A stretch of 34,997 nt of DNA. Source: Dehalococcoidia bacterium. GTDB lineage: Bacteria; Chloroflexota; Dehalococcoidia; E44-bin15. The stretch covers positions 1 through 34,997 of the forward strand of contig JACUUT010000003.1 of NCBI GenBank assembly GCA_014859165.1, in the 5' to 3' direction. Shown here piece after piece: positions 27,256 through 34,997 of the stretch. A program made the translations under genes and the position numbers. The notes under the pieces are model-generated. The model did not search any database and had not been told where the DNA came from. It worked only from the letters and a program-made list of their open reading frames with translations. Numbering within the stretch: the first letter of the stretch is position 1; every line of letters starts with the position of its first letter.

Positions 27256-28983
27256 ATGGAAAGGATCGGAGTTTTTCTCTGCCACTGTAAACTTATTCCA
27301 CCTATAGACACGGGAAGGGTTTTTGAGGCAATAGGCAATAAGCCAGGTGTAGTTTATGCTGCTGATTATGAGGAAATGTGCATGGCGCCGGGGCTGGAGC
27401 GGGTTAAGGAAGCGATAAAGGACGAAAAACTGGATGGGGTGGTGCTCACCAGTTGCTCCCCGGCTCTTTATGAGGAGACCTTTCGCCATATTGTAACCTC
27501 CGCCGGCTTGGAAGGCTATCAGATGGTAGTCGCCGAGCTCAAGGGCCAGGATGGCGCCAAAGAGGCTACGCAGAGAGCTATCGAGGCTATCGAAAGTGCT
27601 CTAGAGAGGCTGCGGATGAGCCGGCCCACTGTCTCCTCTAGGGTTCCGATCACTAAGAGAGCTCTCGTAATCGGCGGCGGTATCGCCGGAATTCAGGCAT
27701 CGTTGGATATCGCTGATGCTGGCTACGAGGTTATTTTAGTGGAGAAGACCCCCAGCATCGGCGGGCGCATGATCCAGCTTTCGGAGACTTTCCCCACGCT
27801 TGATTGCCCTCAGTGCATCGAGACACCAAAGATGACGGACACCGGTCAGCACCCGAACATAAAGATATTGGCTTATAGCGAGGTGGAGGGGGTCTCGGGA
27901 AACATTGGAAAGTTTAAGGTTAAGATACGACGAAAGGCAGCCTATGTCGATTGGGACAAGTGCAACGGATGTGGGATCTGCCAGGAGAGATGTGCTACCA
28001 AGGCTCTTGCTGAATTTCAACAATATTTGGACTTGCCGGGGAAAATCGCCCATCGAAAGGCAATATATATCCCCTTCGCTCAAGCTGTCCCCATGAGACC
28101 TGTTATCGATAGGGAACACTGCCGTTATTTCACCAAGGGGAAGTGTGGGCTATGCGAGATGGCATGCCCCGTGGGGGCTATCGATTTCTCTCAGCAAGAT
28201 AGCTTCGTGGAAATAGAAGTCGGCGCAATCATTGTAGCTACGGGTTTTGACCTCATGCCCAAGAGCGAGATCGCAGAATTCGAAGAAGACCCTGATATCA
28301 TCGATGGGCTTGAGTTCGAGCGGCTCCTTTGTCCCGCAGGCCCCACTGCAGGCAAGGTCATAAGGCCATCCGATGGCAGGGAGCCAAAAGAGGTGGTATT
28401 CATCTCCTGTTGTGGCTCCCGCGACCCGGAGCATGGCGTCCCCTACTGCTCCAGGGTGTGCTGCATGTACCTGGTCAAGCATGCCCTCCTCTATAAGCAC
28501 GCTGTCCCCGATGGTCAAGCCTATATATTCTATATGGACATCCGAACCACAGGCAAGGGCTACGAGGAGTTCATCCAGAGAGCAGTGGAGGAGGATAAAG
28601 TCCTCTATCTCAGGGGCAGGGTGTCCAAGGTTTTCAGAGATGGCGACAAGATCAAGGTCTGGGGGTCAGATACACTGACAGGGAAAAGGGTGGAGATAGC
28701 TTGTGATCTTGCGGTCCTGGGCATGGCGATGCTGCCCAGTGAGGGATCCAAAGAGCTTGCGGTGAAACTGAGCATCGCCACCGATGAATATGGGTTTATG
28801 ACCGAGCTTCATCCCAAGCTTTGCCCCCTGGAGAGCACGGTTCCTGGGATTTACCTCGCCGGCTGCTGTCAGGGCCCAAAGGATATCCCGGACGCGGTGG
28901 CTCAGGGAGGCGGGGCGGCGAGCAAGCTTCTCTCACTATTCAGTCAAGATGAAGTGATATTGGAGGAGGCAGCAGTAAGTTAA
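27256..28983 (+). CDS. hdrA: Heterodisulfide reductase subunit A-like, copy 1, lacking the C-terminal ferredoxin domain
   Basis: RIGVFLCHC, VIGGGIAG, TFPTLDCPQC, two ferredoxin motifs, CCGSRD..YCSRVCC, QGPKDIPD. Confidence 0.88.
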   Translation: MERIGVFLCHCKLIPPIDTGRVFEAIGNKPGVVYAADYEEMCMAPGLERVKEAIKDEKLDGVVLTSCSPALYEETFRHIVTSAGLEGYQMVVAELKGQDGAKEATQRAIEAIESALERLRMSRPTVSSRVPITKRALVIGGGIAGIQASLDIADAGYEVILVEKTPSIGGRMIQLSETFPTLDCPQCIETPKMTDTGQHPNIKILAYSEVEGVSGNIGKFKVKIRRKAAYVDWDKCNGCGICQERCATKALAEFQQYLDLPGKIAHRKAIYIPFAQAVPMRPVIDREHCRYFTKGKCGLCEMACPVGAIDFSQQDSFVEIEVGAIIVATGFDLMPKSEIAEFEEDPDIIDGLEFERLLCPAGPTAGKVIRPSDGREPKEVVFISCCGSRDPEHGVPYCSRVCCMYLVKHALLYKHAVPDGQAYIFYMDIRTTGKGYEEFIQRAVEEDKVLYLRGRVSKVFRDGDKIKVWGSDTLTGKRVEIACDLAVLGMAMLPSEGSKELAVKLSIATDEYGFMTELHPKLCPLESTVPGIYLAGCCQGPKDIPDAVAQGGGAASKLLSLFSQDEVILEEAAVS

Positions 28984-30941
28984 TGCTGAAAAGGATTGGC
29001 GTTTTTATTTGCCACTGCGGCTTGAATATCGCAGGAACGGTAGACGTGAAGCGAGTTGTGGAGACAATAAAGGATTATCCCGGTGTGGTCCACGCTGAGA
29101 GCTATATCTATATGTGCTCCGACCCCGGGCAGGACCTGGTGAGGAGAGCGATAAGGGAAAAAGGGCTTGATGGCGTTGTGATGGCCAATTGCTCCCCCTC
29201 GATGCATGAGAAGACCTTCCGCAATGTAGTGGCCAAAGAGGGGCTGAACCCCTATTTCTGCGAAGTAGCCAACATTAGGGAGCATTGCAGTTGGCCCCAC
29301 GAACACGAGAAAGAGCTAGCTACTAAGAAGGCGCTCCTCATTATTGAGACCACAATTGAGAAGCTAAAGCGAAATATGGAGCTAACACCCATGGTTGTCC
29401 CCCTTCACAAGAGGGCACTAGTGATCGGGGGAGGGATCGCCGGGATGCAGGCAGCCCTTGATATTGCCAGTGCTGGCTATGAGGTAATCATAGTGGAAAA
29501 ATTGCCCACTATAGGAGGGCATGCTATACAGCTAGCGGGGACCTTCCCCACGCTTAATCGTGTGCCGTGCCTTATGGCTCCCAGGATGGCGGAGATCGCC
29601 TCCCATCCTAAAATAAAGCTCTACACCTGTGCAGAGGTGGAGGATATCTCAGGCTATGTGGGCAATTTCGCAGTAAAGATCAAAACAAAGCCTTCCTACA
29701 TCAATGAAGAGAGATGCAATAATTGTGAGCTTTGCCTGGGTGAATGCCCCGTCACCTTGCCCGCTGAATTTGACCGCGGGCTCTCCCAGCGAAAAGCCAT
29801 CTACCTCACACCCAGAGAGGCGATCCCCCAGAAGCTTTTGATCGACCCGGGGAGCTGCCTGCACTTCAACGGGAATGAGTGCCATGCCTGTGAGGAGATT
29901 TGCCCCACTAAAGCCATCGATTTCCTCCAGCAAGAAACCATCGCCGAGGAGGTGGTGGGGGCCATAGTTGTGGCTACCGGGTATGAGATCTGGGACAAAA
30001 TGAATGTCCCAGAATATGCCTCGGACCCCGATGTCATCGATGGGCTCCAGTTTGAGAGGATACTTTCTCCCTCCGGTCCCACCGGAGGCGAGATCCGTAG
30101 ACCCTCCGATGGCAAGGTTCCCAAGGAGGTGGTGTTCATCTCCTGCGTCGGCTCCCGCGACCCGGAGCATGGCTTCACCTATTGCTCGAGGGTCTGTTGC
30201 ATGTATATTGCTAAGCAAGCGGTGCTCTATAGCAGGACTGTCCCTGAAGGACAGGCCTATGTCTTCTATATGGATATCCGATCCGACTCCAAAGGCTATG
30301 AGGAGTTCGTCAAGAGGGCGGTGGAGGAGGAGCGGGTGCTATATCTGAGAGGGAGGGTGTCCAAGGTCTTTCGGGATGGAGACAAGATCAAGGTTTGGGG
30401 CTCTGATACCCTCAGCGGCAAAAGCATTGAAATCGCTGCCGACCTTGTAATCCTGGCCACAGCTATGACGCCGAGCGAGGGCGCTAAGGAGCTGGCAAGG
30501 AAACTGAATGTTACCGTTGACGCACTGGGCTTCTTGACCGAGGCCCATCCCAAGCTCAGGCCGGTGGAAACGCTGACCACCGGCATCTATCTAGCGGGCA
30601 CCGCCCAGTGGCCCAGGGACATCCCGGATACCATCTCCTCATCCAGCGGAGCAGCCAGCAAAGTAATCTCCCTTTTCTCTAGGAAGGAGCTGCTTCATGA
30701 GCCTACAGTAGCCTGGCCCGATGAGGAGGTTTGCAGCGGGTGTGGGATTTGCGCCTCCATCTGCGCCTATCACGCTATAGAGATCGACCCCAAAAGGAGG
30801 GTGGCCAGGGTCAATGAGGCGGTCTGTGAAGGCTGCGGCGCCTGCATCGCAGCCTGCCCCTCAGGGGCGATGCGACAGAAGAACTGGACTGCCATGCAGT
30901 TTTTTGAGATGCTCGATGTGGCTACAGGAGCTTATGTATAA
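28983..30941 (+). CDS. hdrA: Heterodisulfide reductase subunit A-like, copy 2, full length
   Basis: RIGVFICHCG.NIAG, YMCSDPG, NIREHCSW, VIGGGIAG, CVGSRD..YCSRVCC, C-terminal CSGCGIC and CEGCGAC. Confidence 0.9.
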   Translation: MLKRIGVFICHCGLNIAGTVDVKRVVETIKDYPGVVHAESYIYMCSDPGQDLVRRAIREKGLDGVVMANCSPSMHEKTFRNVVAKEGLNPYFCEVANIREHCSWPHEHEKELATKKALLIIETTIEKLKRNMELTPMVVPLHKRALVIGGGIAGMQAALDIASAGYEVIIVEKLPTIGGHAIQLAGTFPTLNRVPCLMAPRMAEIASHPKIKLYTCAEVEDISGYVGNFAVKIKTKPSYINEERCNNCELCLGECPVTLPAEFDRGLSQRKAIYLTPREAIPQKLLIDPGSCLHFNGNECHACEEICPTKAIDFLQQETIAEEVVGAIVVATGYEIWDKMNVPEYASDPDVIDGLQFERILSPSGPTGGEIRRPSDGKVPKEVVFISCVGSRDPEHGFTYCSRVCCMYIAKQAVLYSRTVPEGQAYVFYMDIRSDSKGYEEFVKRAVEEERVLYLRGRVSKVFRDGDKIKVWGSDTLSGKSIEIAADLVILATAMTPSEGAKELARKLNVTVDALGFLTEAHPKLRPVETLTTGIYLAGTAQWPRDIPDTISSSSGAASKVISLFSRKELLHEPTVAWPDEEVCSGCGICASICAYHAIEIDPKRRVARVNEAVCEGCGACIAACPSGAMRQKNWTAMQFFEMLDVATGAYV

Positions 30942-33900
30942 ATGGTAGGAGCGGTGCTCGTTATCGGCTCCGGGATCGGGGGGATGAAATGCTCCCTGGA
31001 GCTTGCTGAATCCGGGTTCAAGGTCTATCTTTCGGACCAAAGCCCATTTATCGGAGGCACGCTCACCCAACTGGATAAGTGGTTCCCCGATAATCACTGC
31101 GGGATGTGCAAAATACTTCCCGTCTTCTCCAGGGATGAATCCTCCCAATTTTGCCTCCGCCGCGGGCTCTTTCACCCCAATATCGAGCTTTTGCCCCTTT
31201 CCACGGCGGAGAAGGTAGAGGGTGAGGCTGGCGATTTCTTGGTCACCCTGAGAATCAAGCCCCGAGGGGTGAAGGAGGAGCTTTGTATCGGCTGCGACCT
31301 TTGCGCCCAGTCTTGCCCTGTGGCGGTAGCCAGCGAGTTTAACGAGGGGCTGGAAAATCGCAAGGCGATCTACCTTCGCAATCCCCTGGCACTGTCCAGT
31401 GGCTACAGTATCGATTGGGATTCTTGCACCAAATGCGGAGCCTGTGTGGAGAAGTGCCCCACCGCTGCCATAGACCTCTCCCCGCAAGATGAAGCGAGGC
31501 AGCTTGAGGTAGGGGCCATAGTGTTGAGCACAGGTTTTGAGGAATTCGATCCTCGATCCTGGACTCAGTATGGCTATAAACGCTATCCCAATGTGATAAC
31601 CAGCATCCAGTTGGAGCGGATGCTTAGCGCCAGCGGTCCAACAGAGGGAGAAATCCTTCGCCCTTCCGATGGCCAGCCTCCCCGGTCCATAGCCTTCTTG
31701 CAATGTGTCGGCTCCAGGGTCAAGGAAAGGGATTATTGCTCCTCGGCCTGTTGCATGTATGCCCTGAAGGAAGCGATACTCGCTAAGGAGAAAGACCCTG
31801 AGCTTGATGCCGAGATCTTCTTCATGGACCTGAGAGCCTTCGGCAAAGGCTATTACCGATATTATGAACAGGCGAAAGAGGATTTTGGGACCAAATTCAC
31901 CCGCTGCCGCGTGCCCCAAATAAAGCAAGACCCAAAGACTAAAAATCTGCTCTTCAGCGCCAAAGCGGAGGACGGGCTTGAGAGGCGAGAGTTCGAGCTA
32001 GTGGTGCTTTCTGTGGGGCAAACCCCATCGCCTCGCTTTTTCGAACTGAGCGAAATTTTGGGTATAGAGCGAAACCAGTGGGGTTTCTGCAAGACCAGAG
32101 AGCTTTCCCCTGTGGCGACCTCCAGAGAGGGCATCTATGTATGTGGCTCGGCCTCCGCTCCCAAGGATATCGCCGATACCCTGGTCGAAGCTGGCGCTGC
32201 TGCATGCCAGGTTTCAATACTGCTTTCCTCCCGGCGCAGTCAGTCGTTCACCATGAAAGGCTATCCAGAAGAGTTGGATGTTCGGGAGATGGAAGCCAGG
32301 GTTGCTATTTTCCTCTGCCGCTGCGGCGAGGAGATCGCATCGGCGATAGATATGCAGAAGATGGTCGATTTCGCTAAAGGGCTGCCCGTTGTAGTTTATG
32401 TCGAAGAAATCCCCTATCTATGCCTCAAAGATGCTGTGGCCGGAATGAAAGGAAGGATAAAGGGCGAAAAAGCCAATCGAGTAGTCCTGGCGGCCTGCTC
32501 CGCCTTCGCCTACAAGAGGCTCTTTATCGATGCGATTAGAGATGTGGGGCTAAACCCCGCTCTTCTAGAGGTGGTGGATATTCGGGAGCAGCTCTCATGG
32601 ATTCATCGAGACCACAAAGAGGCAGCGACGGATAAGGGGAAGCGCCTGCTGGCAATCGCATTAGAAAAGGTTGGAGCACAAGAACCTCTGCACACCCTCC
32701 CTCAGAGGGTGGAGCCCCGGGCTCTGGTTATTGGCGGTGGCCTTGCTGGCTTGACCGCTGCCCAGTCCCTGGCGGAGCAGGGGTTTGAGGCTCATCTAGT
32801 GGAGAGAACGGCTGAATGGGGGGGGAACCTGAGACATATTTTCACCATTCTGGAAGGGGGAGAGCCCCAGGCCCTGCTCCAAGATCTCATCAAGAGGGCG
32901 GAGGAAAATCCCCTCACTCACCTTCACCAGGAAACCGAGGTCATCCAGGTCTCGGGCTATGCGGGGAACTTTGAGACCACTCTTAAGGATAGGAATGGCG
33001 CTCTTCAACCATTAAAGGTAGGTGCAATCATCGTTGCTACCGGTGGCGAGGCGTATGAACCTAAAGAGTATTGCTACGGTGAGAGCGAAAGGGTCATAAC
33101 CCAGACGGAGCTGGAAAAACAATTGGCCTCAGGCAAACTTGACCCCAGGGAGCTCAACTCTGTGGTGATGATTCAATGCGTTGGCTCGAGGGATGAAGAA
33201 CGACCCTATTGCAGCCGCATGTGCTGCTCCCAAGCACTCAAAAACGCCCTGAGTCTAAAAGAGAGGAACCCTGAGATCGATATATTCGTCCTTTATCGGG
33301 ATGTGATGAGCTATGGGTTCAAAGAGGAGTATTACACTCATGCCCGAGAAAAAGGCGTCCTTTTCGTTAACTATGATTTAGATCATAAGCCGGAGGTGAG
33401 AATGGAGGGGGAAAGGCTTGTGGTCAAGGCTACTGAGCCCATGCTGGAGGGCGTCCTGAAAATAGAGCCCGATTTATTGGTGCTGAGCACGGGAATTGTT
33501 CCCAACGATAATAAAAGGCTTGCCCAGATGCTGGGTCTGGAATTGAGCGAAGATGGGTTCTTCAAAGAGGCGGAGGTAAAGTTCCGCCCTGTGGATTTCG
33601 TGACCAATGGCATCTTTTTATGCGGGCTGGCCCACTCGCCGAGGGGAGTGGCTGAGAGCATCGTTCAGGCTCAGGCGGCGGCGCAACGGGCAGCATGTAT
33701 CCTTTCCAGGGAACGATTGGAGTCGGGGAGAATCGTCTCCGAGGTCAATGAGAGGCGTTGCAGCGGCTGTGAGCTTTGCATCTCAGTCTGTCCCTATAAT
33801 GCCCGCTTCAAAGATACAGAGAAAGGGGTGGTCGTGGTAATAGAGGCGCTTTGCCAGGGTTGCGGTGCCTGTGTCGCCATCTGCCCCAGCGGTGCGGCAA

Positions 33901-33956
33901 AGCTCAGGGGATTTACCGATAGGCAGGTTTTCTCCATGGTGGATGCTATTTTATAG
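30942..33956 (+). CDS. hdrA: Large double-FAD-domain HdrA-like protein
   Basis: Two FAD motifs (VIGSGIGG, VIGGGLAG), two QCVGSR..YCS..CC motifs, internal FLCRCG domain, four ferredoxin motifs. Confidence 0.85.
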   Translation: MVGAVLVIGSGIGGMKCSLELAESGFKVYLSDQSPFIGGTLTQLDKWFPDNHCGMCKILPVFSRDESSQFCLRRGLFHPNIELLPLSTAEKVEGEAGDFLVTLRIKPRGVKEELCIGCDLCAQSCPVAVASEFNEGLENRKAIYLRNPLALSSGYSIDWDSCTKCGACVEKCPTAAIDLSPQDEARQLEVGAIVLSTGFEEFDPRSWTQYGYKRYPNVITSIQLERMLSASGPTEGEILRPSDGQPPRSIAFLQCVGSRVKERDYCSSACCMYALKEAILAKEKDPELDAEIFFMDLRAFGKGYYRYYEQAKEDFGTKFTRCRVPQIKQDPKTKNLLFSAKAEDGLERREFELVVLSVGQTPSPRFFELSEILGIERNQWGFCKTRELSPVATSREGIYVCGSASAPKDIADTLVEAGAAACQVSILLSSRRSQSFTMKGYPEELDVREMEARVAIFLCRCGEEIASAIDMQKMVDFAKGLPVVVYVEEIPYLCLKDAVAGMKGRIKGEKANRVVLAACSAFAYKRLFIDAIRDVGLNPALLEVVDIREQLSWIHRDHKEAATDKGKRLLAIALEKVGAQEPLHTLPQRVEPRALVIGGGLAGLTAAQSLAEQGFEAHLVERTAEWGGNLRHIFTILEGGEPQALLQDLIKRAEENPLTHLHQETEVIQVSGYAGNFETTLKDRNGALQPLKVGAIIVATGGEAYEPKEYCYGESERVITQTELEKQLASGKLDPRELNSVVMIQCVGSRDEERPYCSRMCCSQALKNALSLKERNPEIDIFVLYRDVMSYGFKEEYYTHAREKGVLFVNYDLDHKPEVRMEGERLVVKATEPMLEGVLKIEPDLLVLSTGIVPNDNKRLAQMLGLELSEDGFFKEAEVKFRPVDFVTNGIFLCGLAHSPRGVAESIVQAQAAAQRAACILSRERLESGRIVSEVNERRCSGCELCISVCPYNARFKDTEKGVVVVIEALCQGCGACVAICPSGAAKLRGFTDRQVFSMVDAIL

Positions 33957-34016
33957 GGAAACAATTCAAAGCTAATTAGATAGGAATTGTTTTCTGGTTA
34001 TGTAAAGGAGGTTGCT

Positions 34017-34445
34017 TTGCAGGAAGAGGGGTTTGAACCTAATATCGTGGGTTTGCTATGTCACTGGTGCACCTATACTGCTGCCGATCTGGCAGGCACC
34101 ACTAGAACGCAATATCCCACCAACATCCGCCCTATCCAAACCATGTGCAGTGGTATGGTGGACTCTGTCTATGTGCTCTGGGCTCTTCTCGGCGGAGCCG
34201 ACGGAGTAATGATCGGGGCATGTCATCCTGCCGATTGCCACTATGTATCGGGCAACTATAAGTGTAGAAGAAGGACAGCCATCCTCAAAAGCATTCTCAA
34301 CACCCTGGGGCTGGAGGATGATCGGGTTTGGCTTTGCTGGATTAGCGCCGCCGAAGGGAAGCTGTTTGCCAATACGGTGGCTAAGTTTACCGAGGCGATA
34401 AGGAAACAAGGGCCTAACCCGATTAAAAAATATTGGTCCGCTTAG
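34017..34445 (+). CDS. mvhD: MvhD-like [2Fe-2S] subunit
   Basis: FEPNIVGLLCHWCTYTAADLAG, MCSG, GADGV, CHPADCHY, WISAAEG; AAGGAGG RBS precedes TTG 34017. Confidence 0.9.
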   Translation: MQEEGFEPNIVGLLCHWCTYTAADLAGTTRTQYPTNIRPIQTMCSGMVDSVYVLWALLGGADGVMIGACHPADCHYVSGNYKCRRRTAILKSILNTLGLEDDRVWLCWISAAEGKLFANTVAKFTEAIRKQGPNPIKKYWSA

Positions 34446-34454
34446 GAAAGAATT

Positions 34455-34997
34455 ATGGCGACAAGTGCGATTTTAGAGGTCAAGGGCGGGGGTCTGCTGA
34501 ATACCCTCAATACGCTCTGGCGTCAATTGTTTGAAAAAGGAATCGTAGATGCCCTGCTCATCCCTCAGGAGCTTCCCTCAAGAGAGAATGTGGTGCAAAC
34601 TTTAGTAAGCCGCGCCGAGAGCCTTGGATCCCCTAGCCCTCTGGCTCCTGTTTTGCCGGTGAACTCGGCGAGGATCGTCTCCCAGATGACCAAGGTCACA
34701 CCCAGCCCGAAGAAGGTCGGGGTAGTGCTTAGGTCCTGCGAACTGAGGGCTCTCATCGAGCTGGTGAAACTGAAACAGGCATCACTGGAGAACCTGGTTT
34801 TGATTGGGATAGATTGCTTCGGCACCTACTCCATAAAGGACTATGGAAAGCTTGCCAAGGATGGCTCTTCCCCCACCGAGGCTTTTCTAAAGGTGGTCAA
34901 GAATGGAAAGGAAGACCTATCCCTTAGGCAGGCTTGCCAAATGTGTGAATACCCTGCCCCCATGAATGCTGACATAACCATTGGTTTAATAGGGAGT
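34455..34997 (+). CDS. FdhB/FrhB-family (F420 hydrogenase/formate dehydrogenase beta-like) protein, 3' end outside the window
   Basis: Manual translation from ATG 34455: MATSAILEV...IVDALLIP...PLAPVLPVNSA...KVGVVLRSCELRALIELVKLKQ...LIGIDCFGTY...LRQACQMCEYP; open to the window end. Confidence 0.8.
   Translation, partial: MATSAILEVKGGGLLNTLNTLWRQLFEKGIVDALLIPQELPSRENVVQTLVSRAESLGSPSPLAPVLPVNSARIVSQMTKVTPSPKKVGVVLRSCELRALIELVKLKQASLENLVLIGIDCFGTYSIKDYGKLAKDGSSPTEAFLKVVKNGKEDLSLRQACQMCEYPAPMNADITIGLIGS

Noticed and set aside
25956-34445. Possible selenocysteine in HdrA or MvhD
   Set aside because: No in-frame TGA interrupts these ORFs; MvhD has Cys at the usual positions.
25956-34997. Methanogenesis or sulfate reduction implied by hdr genes
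   Set aside because: No mcr, dsr, apr or qmoC in the window; Hdr-like complexes are widespread in other anaerobes.

Overview
Gene-dense chromosomal window from an anaerobic bacterium, probably Chloroflexota/Dehalococcoidia (inferred from the translin, FmdB-type pair, alpha2-type GlyRS and the LeuCD-Icd-Mdh-FumAB block). The left half (1-17 kb) holds housekeeping genes: yraN, thiE, translin, a membrane pyrophosphatase, glyS, sbcD, two FabK/NMO paralogues and folP-folK-queD. It also holds two AT-richer defence-like inserts, a DNA methyltransferase fused to a PD-(D/E)xK-like domain and an AbiJ-NTD-like/nucleoside-deoxyribosyltransferase-like protein. The right half (17.5-35 kb) is one apparent operon behind a sigma70-type promoter. 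It joins a transcarboxylase-like pair, a partial TCA set (LeuCD-type aconitase candidate, Icd, Mdh, FumAB) and a soluble HdrC-HdrB-three HdrA-MvhD-FdhB/FrhB cluster that runs off the window. Several intergenic regions carry nested REP-like palindromes. One 16-17 bp module (CCCCGAY-N2-3-RTCGGGG) occurs five times, including across the -10 box of the methyltransferase/glyS promoter and in frame inside glyS. No rRNA, tRNA, CRISPR array or transposase was recognised.
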